Position numbers and translations under genes: made by a program | Part shown: in pieces, positions 53,598-64,000 of the stretch | Numbering within the stretch: position 1 is the first letter of the stretch | How the letters are laid out: the number at the start of each line of letters is the position of its first letter | The notes under the pieces: generated by a model | Seen by the model: the letters and a program-made list of their open reading frames with translations, nothing else | Databases searched by the model: none | Told to the model about the DNA's origin: nothing | NCBI GenBank assembly: GCA_964016885.1 | Contig: OZ024757.1 | Location: forward strand, 16,306,001 to 16,370,000 | DNA length: 64,000 nt | Direction: 5' to 3' | DNA from: Eledone cirrhosa | Lineage: Eukaryota

Positions 53598-53816
53598 CAG
53601 ATTTGTTTTATAAGTAAATATTGACATACCCGGAAAAAAGACAACCTTAACGGTTGGAGCTTCCTGGATAGATTTTTAAGCTTGTTGAATCCCAACAAAT
53701 TAAATATAACCTCTGCATATATATATGTATATATATATATATATAATATACATATAATATGTATATAAATAGTATGCATATATAGTATGTATATATATAT
53801 GCATATATATAATATG

Positions 53817-53848
<32 letters not shown>

Positions 53849-53893
53849 ATATACATATATATATATGTATATATATATAGTGTGTGAAAATAA

Positions 53894-54280
53894 TTGTTTC
53901 TACATTTGGCACAAGGCCAGCAAATACCCAGTACATTACTGGTACTTTATTTTATCCACCCCGTAAGGATGAAAGGCATAGTTAACCTCGGCATGATTTG
54001 AACTCAGAATGGAAAGGGCCGTAGCTCTGTGCGTCAAAGCATGGCGTCCGACCCTCTACCGATACTGCCAATCCACCGCCCTCTGCTGCCAAGAAAATAA
54101 TTGTTTGTATTGTTTGGCACAAGGCCAGCAATTATCCCAGTGCATTACTGGTACTTTATTTTATCGACCTCGTAAGGATGAAAGGTAAAGTTAACCTCGA
54201 CGGGATTTAAACTCAGACCGTAAAGGGACGTAACTCTATGCTGGAAAGCATGCCGGCCGACCCTCTACCGATACTGCCAA
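53894..54280 (-). mobile_element. Two tandem SINE family 1 copies
   Basis: Both match the consensus. Confidence 0.85.
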
Positions 54281-54400
54281 ATGTTGTTATTTAGCCACGG
54301 GTTTAATCTAAGTCAGTAGACATATGATCAAATTAGATGTAGTTATGTCTATCCTGTTGTTTCATTGATGATATCACTCGCCTTCTTGTTGTTGTTGTTG

Positions 54401-54439
<39 letters not shown>

Positions 54440-54825
54440 TTGTTGTGGTTGTTGTTGTTGCTTTTGTTCCTGTTGCTGCTGTTGTTTTTGTTCCTGTTTA
54501 GCCCTCGGTCAAATCTACCTCTGTAGAACTCTGATAAAAAACATTTACCTATGACTACGTCATTTCTGGAGTCCAGAAATAGCCGTCGAAACGACTTGAG
54601 CTCTGCCGTCGGGGTTAAACATTTTCCCTATTACCCACTCTACTACCCTAAGTATTGAGTACTCTGATGCGTTATGATCCATCTGGTTCCTTACCACACC
54701 TCCTTCGTTATATATATATGTATATATATATAATGTAGGAGGTGAGTTTTATTGTAGCACAATAAAGCAATGCAAATATCGGATAAGTAGCACTCTCTAG
54801 TTTGTAGGACTGGACTATAAATAAT

Positions 54826-55010
54826 TGTTTCTACTTTAGGCACAAGGCCAGCAATTACCCAGTGCATTACTGGTACTTTATTTTATCGACCCCGTAAGGA
54901 TGAAAGGCAAAGTCAACCTCGGCGGGATTTGAACTCAGATCGTAAAGGGACGTAACTATGCTGGAAAGCATGGCATCCGACCCTCCACCGATACTGCCAA
55001 TCCACCGCCC
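54826..55010 (-). mobile_element. SINE family 1 with 16 bp TSD
   Basis: CTGGACTATAAATAAT at 54810-54825 and 55013-55028. Confidence 0.92.
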
Positions 55011-55061
55011 TTCTGGACTATAAATAATATAAGATCAAAAGATGGTTAAAAGAGTTCCAAG

Positions 55062-55132
55062 TATTTTATTATGCGCATTTCAAAACCAAATATCATCATG
55101 AGATGATATCTGCGTTCTCATCAGATAAAATA
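55062..55132 (-). ncRNA. Type I hammerhead ribozyme (family C), minus arm of the fold-back
   Basis: Reverse complement of 55262-55332. Confidence 0.82.
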
Positions 55133-55261
55133 GGGAGACATGATATGAAGCTTAAAAAAACACTTGTGAGCAGTGAAGTTTTAAATCGACATATATGTTG
55201 ATATGTTGATTTAAAACTTCACTGCTCACAACTCTATTTTAAGCTTCATATCATGTCTCCC

Positions 55262-55332
55262 TATTTTATCTGATGAGAACGCAGATATCATCTCATGATG
55301 ATATTTGGTTTTGAAATGCGCATAATAAAATA
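55262..55332 (+). ncRNA. Type I hammerhead ribozyme (family C), intact
   Basis: Reads UAUUUUAU CUGAUGA GAACGCAGAUAUCAUC-UCAU-GAUGAUAUUUGGUUUU GAAA UGCGCA UA^ AUAAAAUA. Stem I is 8 bp and stem III is palindromic. Confidence 0.85.
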
Positions 55333-55362
55333 CTTGGAACTCTTTAAACCATCTTTTGATCT

Positions 55363-55479
<117 letters not shown>

Positions 55480-56162
55480 AATGGAATAGAATGAAACGAA
55501 ATTTCATTTCTCACTCTTAGTACGGCACTTACTTAAATGTAAGTATGTATGTATACGTACATACATATATGTATACAGACGTACAGTAGCATGTATATAT
55601 ATACATACAGGCACACATATATATATGCACGTATAGTTATGGAGTGGCAGCTGCCCCTCGACTTCAATGACGTTTGGCCGTGATTGTATTACGTGATATT
55701 TCTACATCGTAAATATTTAAATATGTGTATGTGATTTCGTTTAGTTTATAATTTACTGGCGGTAGTATATGATAGATGAAGAAACACTGAATATGAGTGA
55801 GTGAATATATATATATATATATATACACTCACAAATATATATATATATATATAAAGTGAGAGTGAGAAAGGGGAAGAAGAAGAAGAAATAGAAAGAGAGG
55901 GAATAGAGAGGGAAATACGTAGATAGACTTTGGCTATTAAATATATATATAGAGAAGAAGAGAAGGTTGGAAAACCATGGATGGGTTGATAGATTCGTAG
56001 ATAGATATGTGGCTAGATAAGTAGATAGATAGATATGTAGGTATGTAGGTATATAGATAGATAGATAGATAGATAGCTAAGAAGATAGATAAATGGATGG
56101 ATAGGTAGATAGATATATATAGATAGTTACATGGATAGATAGCTAGATAGGTAGATAGATAT

Positions 56163-56221
<59 letters not shown>

Positions 56222-56652
56222 CGTGAATACATGGATAGATAGGTAGGGAGGTAGATAAATAGATAGATAGATAGATAGATAGTGGTTATTAAATAGCTGA
56301 ATGTGATAACTAAAGAGAACTTAAAACGATTTTACTATTCACTATCCTTTGGTTGTGTAACAATGTAAACGACTTAGATGGCCGCGGGGACTTAAGAGAG
56401 GGAAGGGGGAGAGATACGAGGAGGTGATGGAAGGGGGAGATGGCGGAGGGAAAGGAAAGATAAACATAAATAGGGAGAAAGATGGTAATATGGAAGGAAG
56501 ATCGAGAGCGGAAGACAGGAGGACAGATAGAGGAGAGAAATAGAGGAAGAAGGCAAGAGAGTGGAGAGAAGGATAGATGGAAAAAGAAAGAGCGAGAAAG
56601 AGAGAGGGACAGGTGGAGAAGGAGTGAGATAAAGAAAGAACGAAAGCAAGTG

Positions 56653-56684
<32 letters not shown>

Positions 56685-56729
56685 GAATACTGTTAGCTTC
56701 TCGCTACAACAATTTCTATATTTTTCATT

Positions 56730-56762
<33 letters not shown>

Positions 56763-57279
56763 ATTTATATATATATATATAAAGAGATGGGGAGAGGGAC
56801 AAAGAGTGAAATAAAGAAATGGAGAGGAAAAACAAATTGACATAGACATACATACGGAGATTGAGGAGAATGAGAAATGGTAAGGAGAGAAGGGGAAAAT
56901 TATATATTTATATATATATGTGTGAGAGAGAGAGAAAGAGAGAGAGAGATTGTGTGTGAGTGAGTGAGTGAGTGAGTGAGTGAGAGGGAGTGAGAGGACG
57001 ACTTTTGTAGTTGTACATGAATATCTGTACATCAAATACTTTACAGATACTGACAGGAAAGAGTTTTGTTTTCATCATATTAGTGTGTGGAGAAAGAGAG
57101 AGTTGAGGTGAGAGAGAGAGAGGTTGAGAGAGGTTATAAGGAGTTGCACACCAAATATTATTCACAGTGGAGTGGGGGTGTACTTCTCTTTCTTTCTCTT
57201 TATTTATATGAAGAATGTTTGTTACGTCAGTCAGATATAGGGAAATGTTTGAATTTTGATTATGTTGAACTGTGAAATG

Positions 57280-58345
57280 GTTAAACCATGATTATGTTTG
57301 ACCCGTGATAATGTTTGAACCGTGATAATGTTTAAACCTTAATTATGTTTGCACCCCGATTATGTTTGATCCGTGATAATGTTTGAACCGTCATAATGTT
57401 TAAACCTTAATTATGTTTGCACCCCGATTATGTTTGATCCGTGATAATGTTTGAACCGTGATAATGTTTGAACCTTGATTATGTATGAACCCTGATTATG
57501 TTTGATCCGTAATAATGGTTGAACCGTGATAATGTTTGAACCTTGATTATGTTTCAGCCGTAATAATGGTTGAACCGTGATAATGTTTGAACCTTGATTA
57601 TGTTTCAGCCGTAATAATGGTTGAACCGTGATAATGTTTGGACCGTGGTAATGTCTGAACCGCGATAATATTTCAACCATAAATAATGTTTCAACCATGA
57701 TAATGTTTGAACAAGGCGGCAAATTGGTAGAATCGTTATGAACGTTGGATAAAATCCTTTGCGGTATTCGCTACGGCTTTCTGGTCCCTGAGTTCAAATC
57801 CCACTGAAGTCAACTTTGCCTTTTATCCATTCGATAACGATAAAAAAAGTACCATTCAAATACTAGTATCGATTCTTCCTCTGTGTCTCTTCCTCACTTC
57901 AATTTTCTCACTCCTCTATCCTTCTCTGGGAGAAATCTGCTATTTTCAGACCTGGAGAGGTGATGGGCTCAGCCAGGATTTAAAAAATACTCTAGAAATA
58001 TCATATGTCAATACGGTACACCTGCAAACCCATGAAGAGTTAATGGACTAAAAAAAAGTTGTTTGAACCGTGATAATTTGAAACCATGAAGTCAGAGACC
58101 AGAAAGCCGTAGGGAATACCGCAAAGGATTCTATCCGACGTTCATAACGATTCTACCAATTTGCCGCCTTGTTCAAACATTATCATGTTTGAACCATGAT
58201 AATCTTAGAACTCTGATAATATTTGAGCCGTGATATGTGAACCATGATAATATTTGAATCATGATAATATTTGAACCATCATAATATTTGAACCATCATA
58301 ATATCTAAACCCTGATAATATTTGAACTGTGATAATGTTTTGACC
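57280..58345. repeat. 17 bp minisatellite (CCGTGATAATGTTTGAA) interrupted by a SINE-like insertion
   Basis: About 25 units at 57280-57712 and about 8 at 58190-58345, with higher-order 51/68 bp periodicity. A SINE head lies at 57714-57860. Confidence 0.9.
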
Positions 58346-58501
58346 CTGAATGAGAAAGCTGTTCTTTCGATAGGGTCGATACTGTTTATCCATCTCGACA
58401 GCTGATGACCACGTAGTTGTTTAACCCGTTCATGTTATCACTGTTTTAGTTTCTATTTTATTTACCTGGGTAATGGCATTTTATGGGTAGTGTTATTGAC
58501 T

Positions 58502-58690
58502 CATATTCTCTGATATTGAAGATACGTCATCTTGATGGATGTCTCGACATACGTCATACTCTCTGATATTGAAGATACATCATCTTGATGGCTGTTACGA
58601 CATGCGTCATACTCTCTCTCTGATATTGAAGATACGACATATTGATGGCTGTCTCTACGTGCGCCATTGTCTCTGTCTCTGATATTCAAC
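58502..58690. repeat. ~54 bp tandem repeat x3.5
   Basis: CTCTGATATTGAAGATAC..CTTGATGG..CGACAT(A/G)CGTCATA recurs. Confidence 0.75.
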
Positions 58691-59196
58691 TCTCCTTTTA
58701 AAAGCAATTTCTTAACTTTGCTTTTATTTCATTTTCTAAACTTCTTCGTCTTCTCTGAAATATTAACTTCATTAAATACACTTTATTAATATCAATTCTA
58801 ACGCTCCAGGCTACTAAAATCGTTTTAATTCTCTCTCTTCTCTGCTGCTTACATTATAAATTTTATTATAAAACCCGTAATTATAATGGATTTTTGTTGC
58901 TATGATGTGAAATGATATTTTTTTGTCATTGTTTTTTTGTGTAATATATAATTATATTTTATGTGTCCATCGTATCGATAAAAATCATCTGATCACCAGA
59001 CTTGTATGGTACATATTAATTTTGACAAACAGTAATTTATGCAAGTAAAACGCAACTCTTCATCTTGATGATATTTATCTCGATAGCTGTCAGTTAACTC
59101 TTTAAAAGAACATTATATTTGAACATCACGCAATTGTCAATGTGTCTGCCTTTTGTCGTGTCTGTCTTTATGGCATAAACATACATACAGACACAC

Positions 59197-59251
<55 letters not shown>

Positions 59252-59524
59252 CACAGACAGACAGACAGAAATTCAGGTGTCTGTATATATACATATATAT
59301 TTATGTGTGTGTGTATATGTGTAATTAAACCCATACACACACACACATATACAAACAAACTCCGGTGTCTACATATATATGTATCCATGTGTGAGTGTGT
59401 GTGTATTTGTGTGAGAGTGTGTGTATTTGTGTGTCTGTGGGTTTGCATACACATATACACTCAAAGAAATATATATATATATATATATGTGTATGTGTAT
59501 ACAGACACAAGAATGTGTGTGTGC

Positions 59525-59571
<47 letters not shown>

Positions 59572-60033
59572 GACACCAGAATGTGTGTGTGCATATATAT
59601 ACATATGATACATGTATGAATGTATATGTGTGTGCACAAGTAATCATATGTGTGTGGGTGCATCTGTGCCTATGTGTGTATTACGTCTATGAATGTGTGC
59701 GTGTGTGTATGTGTATGAAGAAAATCTAAACTTATGAGATAAATTAAATATTAATGTGAAATATGAAATAACCCAATAATAATAATAAGTTCCCGAACGA
59801 ATTCCATATTTGGTCGGGGTGGGGCTGGGAAATACAATGACAAGGTGATTTGATTCTGATGGAAATATTCTGAAAAATCTTGTTATCTGGCGTTGATATC
59901 TCGGAACGTATTAAAGCGCAGAGCATTGAAATGCTGCAAAGAACGCTTTTAGCTTGAAGCTAAATGTCTCTGGATTTATAAGAAAATATTTCGCTCACTT
60001 AAATGTTTTTTAGTGTATTCTTACACACACTTT

Positions 60034-60079
<46 letters not shown>

Positions 60080-60254
60080 TGTATGTATGTATGTATGTAT
60101 GTACGTAGATCCCGGGTTGAGTCGGGGATAACCACAGTAAGTAAGGTACTCAATACATGGCAGAGTAAAAAAATTTTATTTTATAGAATGAAACAGTACT
60201 AGTCCTGTAGAAGCTCCTTCTATAAAATAAAAAATATATCTATATATATATATC

Positions 60255-60666
60255 TAAGGCGGGTAAAATTCCCGAGATCCATGGACGAGTTCTCTCCAGC
60301 GGTCTCTGTCCCTCATTATCGCTGCCATGTCCTGCGTCTCCAACAGACCAGTGTATGTCCTTAGGGCATCAACATACGTTAACCTTGGTCTTCCTCTTCT
60401 AGTGTGTCCATGTAGGGGCTCCCAAAGGAGTACTGAGTGCAATGTCAACTCTGGATGTCGGTGAGCATGTCCAGCTAACATCAGTCTCCTCTGTGTCACT
60501 TTTGTGTATGGGTCTGAGACTTGGACACTGACCAAGAAACTCACTCAGATGGTGGATGGGTGCTACACGAGAATGCTGAGAATGGCTCTGAACATTAATC
60601 AGTATACACTGAGGATGAAAAACTCAGAGCTGTATGGGAGCATCCCAAACGTCAGCTCAAAAGTGA
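60255..60666. mobile_element. RTE-clade LINE 3' fragment with 5' inversion, in (TA)n
   Basis: The plus strand at 60504-60666 encodes YGSETWTLTK..MLRMAL..NSELY..SSKV. The minus strand from 60503 to 60255 encodes KVTQRRLMLAGH..RGRPRLTYVD..DRDRWR..PP*. Confidence 0.85.
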
Positions 60667-60674
60667 TATATATA

Positions 60675-60745
<71 letters not shown>

Positions 60746-61084
60746 TTATATACATACATATATATATATATATAGAGAGAGAGAGAGGTAGAACACTGGA
60801 AGGTAATATCCGTAGTGGTAGAGCACTCAGTCCATGGGACGAGTTAGGTAGAAGTGGTAACACAACAGTTAGTTCACCATACCGAGAACAATTGTTTCAC
60901 CTCAGCGGATCCTCACCTCGTAATGGACATGGTTATACGGAACAGGAAGGACAACCGTATGAACGCGCATGCGCAGAAACGGTCACTTCACCCAAGCAAT
61001 GCAAAACTGCGCGCGAAAGTCCGAAAGGTTCTAGTTGATAAGAAAATTAGGATGTTGTTTTTATTCAATCCGATAGGCTATCTT

Positions 61085-61260
61085 TGACAGGGCGGCACCC
61101 TACTATAACACGGCGTTAGCTAAGAGCGGCTTCTCGCAACCTATCACTTACCCTCCTACTAACAACAACAACAATAAGAAAAGAAATCGTAACAATAGAC
61201 AAACTATCTGGTTCTCTCCTCCCTTCTCATTCAACGTTAAAACTAATGTAGGAAACATTT
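61085..61260 (+). pseudogene. Penelope (Naiad-like) ORF fragment from a second family
   Basis: AAPYYNTALAKSGF..KKRNRNNRQTIWFSPPFSFNVKTNVGNI is homologous to YYN*ALARSGH..RRRNNTFFNPPFNLNVSTN at about 36340-36630. Confidence 0.7.
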
Positions 61261-61269
61261 ATATATACA

Positions 61270-61307
<38 letters not shown>

Positions 61308-61311
<4 letters not shown>

Positions 61312-61901
61312 AGATAAGCAGAACAAGTAAAATTCAACTAATTTTTCAAAATAAATCAAAATTAATATACAATCAAAATTAATCAAAATTAAAAAATATA
61401 ATATAAATATTTACCTATTCAAATGGCCCTAACTGTACAGTTTCACGGTGCAAAACATTAAATATCACGAGGATATTAATGGAAAAGCAACGATCATCAG
61501 AGAAGCATTTTCCTGTCCTAGGGTTAAAAACCCCAGGAACGACAAAATATATGACCTCACTCCAACTAATACAGGTCTAAAAGGTCGTGAAAGTGACCCG
61601 TAAATACATTGGTGTATCGTGAAGGCGGGAAATCGTAGACTCGCCGTCTATAGTCGCCACTAAAAAAAAAGATTTTTAGTAACTAAATAGAACGACAAAT
61701 TTGTATCTCTACATACTGGAGATTATTGAATAAGGTTAATATATATCTGAGGGTACAATGTACCCCCGGAAATATATAGTGTGTCCATGATTTAAGGTGG
61801 TTCTATGGTAATAATTTGATATACCAGAACTTAATATCAAGATAAGCAGAACAAGTAAAATTCAACTAATTTTTCAAAATAAATCAAAATTAATATACAA
61901 T
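61308..61901 (-). mobile_element. Partial-tandem (retrozyme/pLTR-like) element, unit ~528 bp, in (TA)n
   Basis: A ~65 bp direct repeat ATCAAGATAAGCAGAACAAG..AATATACAAT occurs at 61308-61373 and 61836-61901. Confidence 0.72.
61425..61506 (-). ncRNA. Type I hammerhead ribozyme (family F)
   Basis: Minus strand reads GCUUCU CUGAUGA UCGUUGC..CAUUAAUAUC-CUCGU-GAUAUUUAAUG..GCACCGU GAAA CUGUACAG UU^ AGGGC. Stem III (CUGUACAG) is palindromic. Confidence 0.7.
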
Positions 61902-62039
61902 ATATATATGTAAAAGTTCTATTTAAATTGTTGGGATACAACAAGCAAATATTTTTATAACTGATATAAAGCATTCAACAAATATTTGGAGTAAAAATAC
62001 GATATTAACAAATGGAAACTATATTTATAAAACCATATT

Positions 62040-62104
62040 TATTTCATTATACATATTTCAAGGACACGAAGTTAAATTATGGTGTGCTTTCATCAGATAA
62101 AATA
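62040..62104 (-). ncRNA. Type I hammerhead ribozyme (family E, second copy); element has a fold-back at 62097-62381
   Basis: Minus strand reads UAUUUUAU CUGAUGA AAGCACACCAUAAUUUAACUUCGUGUCCUU GAAA UAUGUA UA^ AUGAAAUA. Confidence 0.72.
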
Positions 62105-62383
62105 TAATATAGAGCAGTTTTATAAATAAATATTGACATACCCTTAAAGAATGCAACCATTACTGTTGGAAGCTCTCGGATAGTGGAGTTATATCTTTAA
62201 TTATACTATTAGGTAAGTTAGTATTGGATATTTAAAAAAAATATAAATACTATTGGATATTTTTCTTAAATATCCAATACTAACTTACCTCCACTATCCG
62301 GGGGCTTCCAACAGTAATGGTTGCATTCTTTAAGGGTATGTCAATATTTATTTATAAAACTGCTCTATATTATATTTTATATC

Positions 62384-62466
<83 letters not shown>

Positions 62467-62628
62467 ATTATGAAATACTGTTGGCTTCTTGCTCACAATA
62501 ATTTCTATACTTTTCATTTATATATATTATATATATATGACTCTTTTCCTATTACCCACTCTACTACTCATAGTATCGGGTACTGTGGTGTTTTATGGTC
62601 CACCTGGTTCCTTACCACATTTCCTTCG

Positions 62629-62685
<57 letters not shown>

Positions 62686-62820
62686 GGAGGTGAGTTTTAT
62701 TGTAGTACAATAAAGCAATGCAGATATCGGATAAGAAGCACTCTACAGTTGATATGTTGATATGTTGATTTATAACTGCACTATTCACAAGTGTTTTTTA
62801 ACCTTCATATCATGTCTTCC

Positions 62821-62891
62821 TATTTTATCTGATGAAAACACAAATGTTATTGCATGATGATACTTGTTTTTGAAATGTGCATAATAAAATA
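62821..62891 (+). ncRNA. Type I hammerhead ribozyme (family C, diverged copy) in a (TA)n-flanked element at 62681-62923
   Basis: Reads UAUUUUAU CUGAUGA AAACACAAAUGUUAUUGCAUGAUGAUACUUGUUUUU GAAA UGUGCA UA^ AUAAAAUA. Confidence 0.75.
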
Positions 62892-62919
62892 CATGGAACT
62901 CTTTTAACCATCTTTTGAT

Positions 62920-63006
<87 letters not shown>

Positions 63007-63917
63007 AAATGATTGAGGTGTTAAATTTTCATGGCGTTTATTGAGGTATATACTATTATTATTATTATTATTGTTTTTATTTTCTTTCATTATTGTTTCT
63101 GAGATATATGCCGAGTGTCTTCCTGACACCTAGGGCAGATAAATTCCCAGTTAATACAGCACATTGATTATAATTAAAAAATTATTAAAAAAATTATTAT
63201 TATTATTATGTAATGATTGTTGGCTTTGTGCCTAAATTTGAAATCATTATTGTAATATTTTTCTTCGTGTTAGCCCTTGAGGCCAATAAAGAAACCATTA
63301 TTATTATTATTATTATTACGTAGGGAAACGCAACATAAAGAATTGTATCAACGGAATGAACCAGCAAGTTACATGAATAAAGAACTTTAAGACAATGAAT
63401 GTCTCTTAGCCAAGCTCCACATCTAAACGTATGTAGACTTTTTTTTTTTTTTTGATTTCCTGTCTGATACTTATTTTATCGGTCTCTGTTTGTCGAACCT
63501 TTAATTTTCAGGACATAAAGTGCCACAGCATGCACAACAGTTTCTATACTGGATTACTTTCTTCTTCGTGCTTTCTTTTCTTTTACCTCATTTCTTTTCC
63601 ATCCTCGAGACTTTCGTGCTATAAAAAACACCACACATTTTCCTGACGTCACATAAATTCTATGTGTACTTGTTGTGGCTTAATTGTTATAAATTAATGT
63701 TTTGTCTCTCGTCTCTTGGTCCACTGGACAGCGTTTGTCTTGTGTCAGACGCTGTGACCCCGGTTGTACACTCAATTGTTTTGATTATACGCTATTTTTC
63801 TATAAAGTCTTGCCTCGAGTGAATTACTTTTATATCTCCGTACTCTGATGTGTTTACCAGAGGTAAACAATGTATTGGAGATCGAATGATGCAACCTCAA
63901 GCAATTAGCGAACTCTA

Positions 63918-63950
63918 GACTCACCTGATGAACGAAACAATTATCAGTAC
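63918..63950 (+). ncRNA. Minimal hammerhead-like motif lacking stem II (family H)
   Basis: Reads CUGAUGA AC GAAA CAAUUA UC^. The copy at 32201 has the palindromic CAAUUG. Stem I pairing is poor. Confidence 0.45.
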
Positions 63951-64000
63951 TTTAAATAAAGCCCTTGTTGTACAGCCAACCATGTTAATCTTCGTTCTTT

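Noticed and set aside
57280-57715. Possible CRISPR-like array
   Set aside because: The 17-mers are contiguous with no unique spacers, no cas genes are present, and the context is eukaryotic.

Overview
Repeat-saturated, AT-rich eukaryotic DNA with no recognisable host gene. The extreme microsatellite load and the tRNA-derived SINE families suggest a cephalopod (octopus-like) genome; this is an inference. Almost every six-frame ORF is a microsatellite artefact. The real coding content is all retroelement: one apparently intact Tx1/L1-clade LINE (ORF1 plus APE-RT ORF2, 44270-49989) in a (TCTA)n tract; a decayed Penelope-like element (Naiad-type RT with a deleted GIY-YIG core) beside (TA)n; 3' fragments of R4/Dong-like RLE LINEs in (TACA)n and (TAA)n; and RTE and CRE fragments. 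Non-coding repeats include a bipartite RTE-derived non-autonomous element, two SINE families and MITEs. The most striking signal is a set of short (about 150-600 bp) non-coding elements in (TA)n tracts, usually as fold-back or partial-tandem structures. They carry type I hammerhead ribozyme motifs (CUGAUGA...GAAA with a short palindromic stem III), from at least 6-8 sequence-unrelated families, several with intact cores. The retroelement classes also appear to partition the microsatellites by motif. Ribozyme folds were read by eye and have not been computed or tested.
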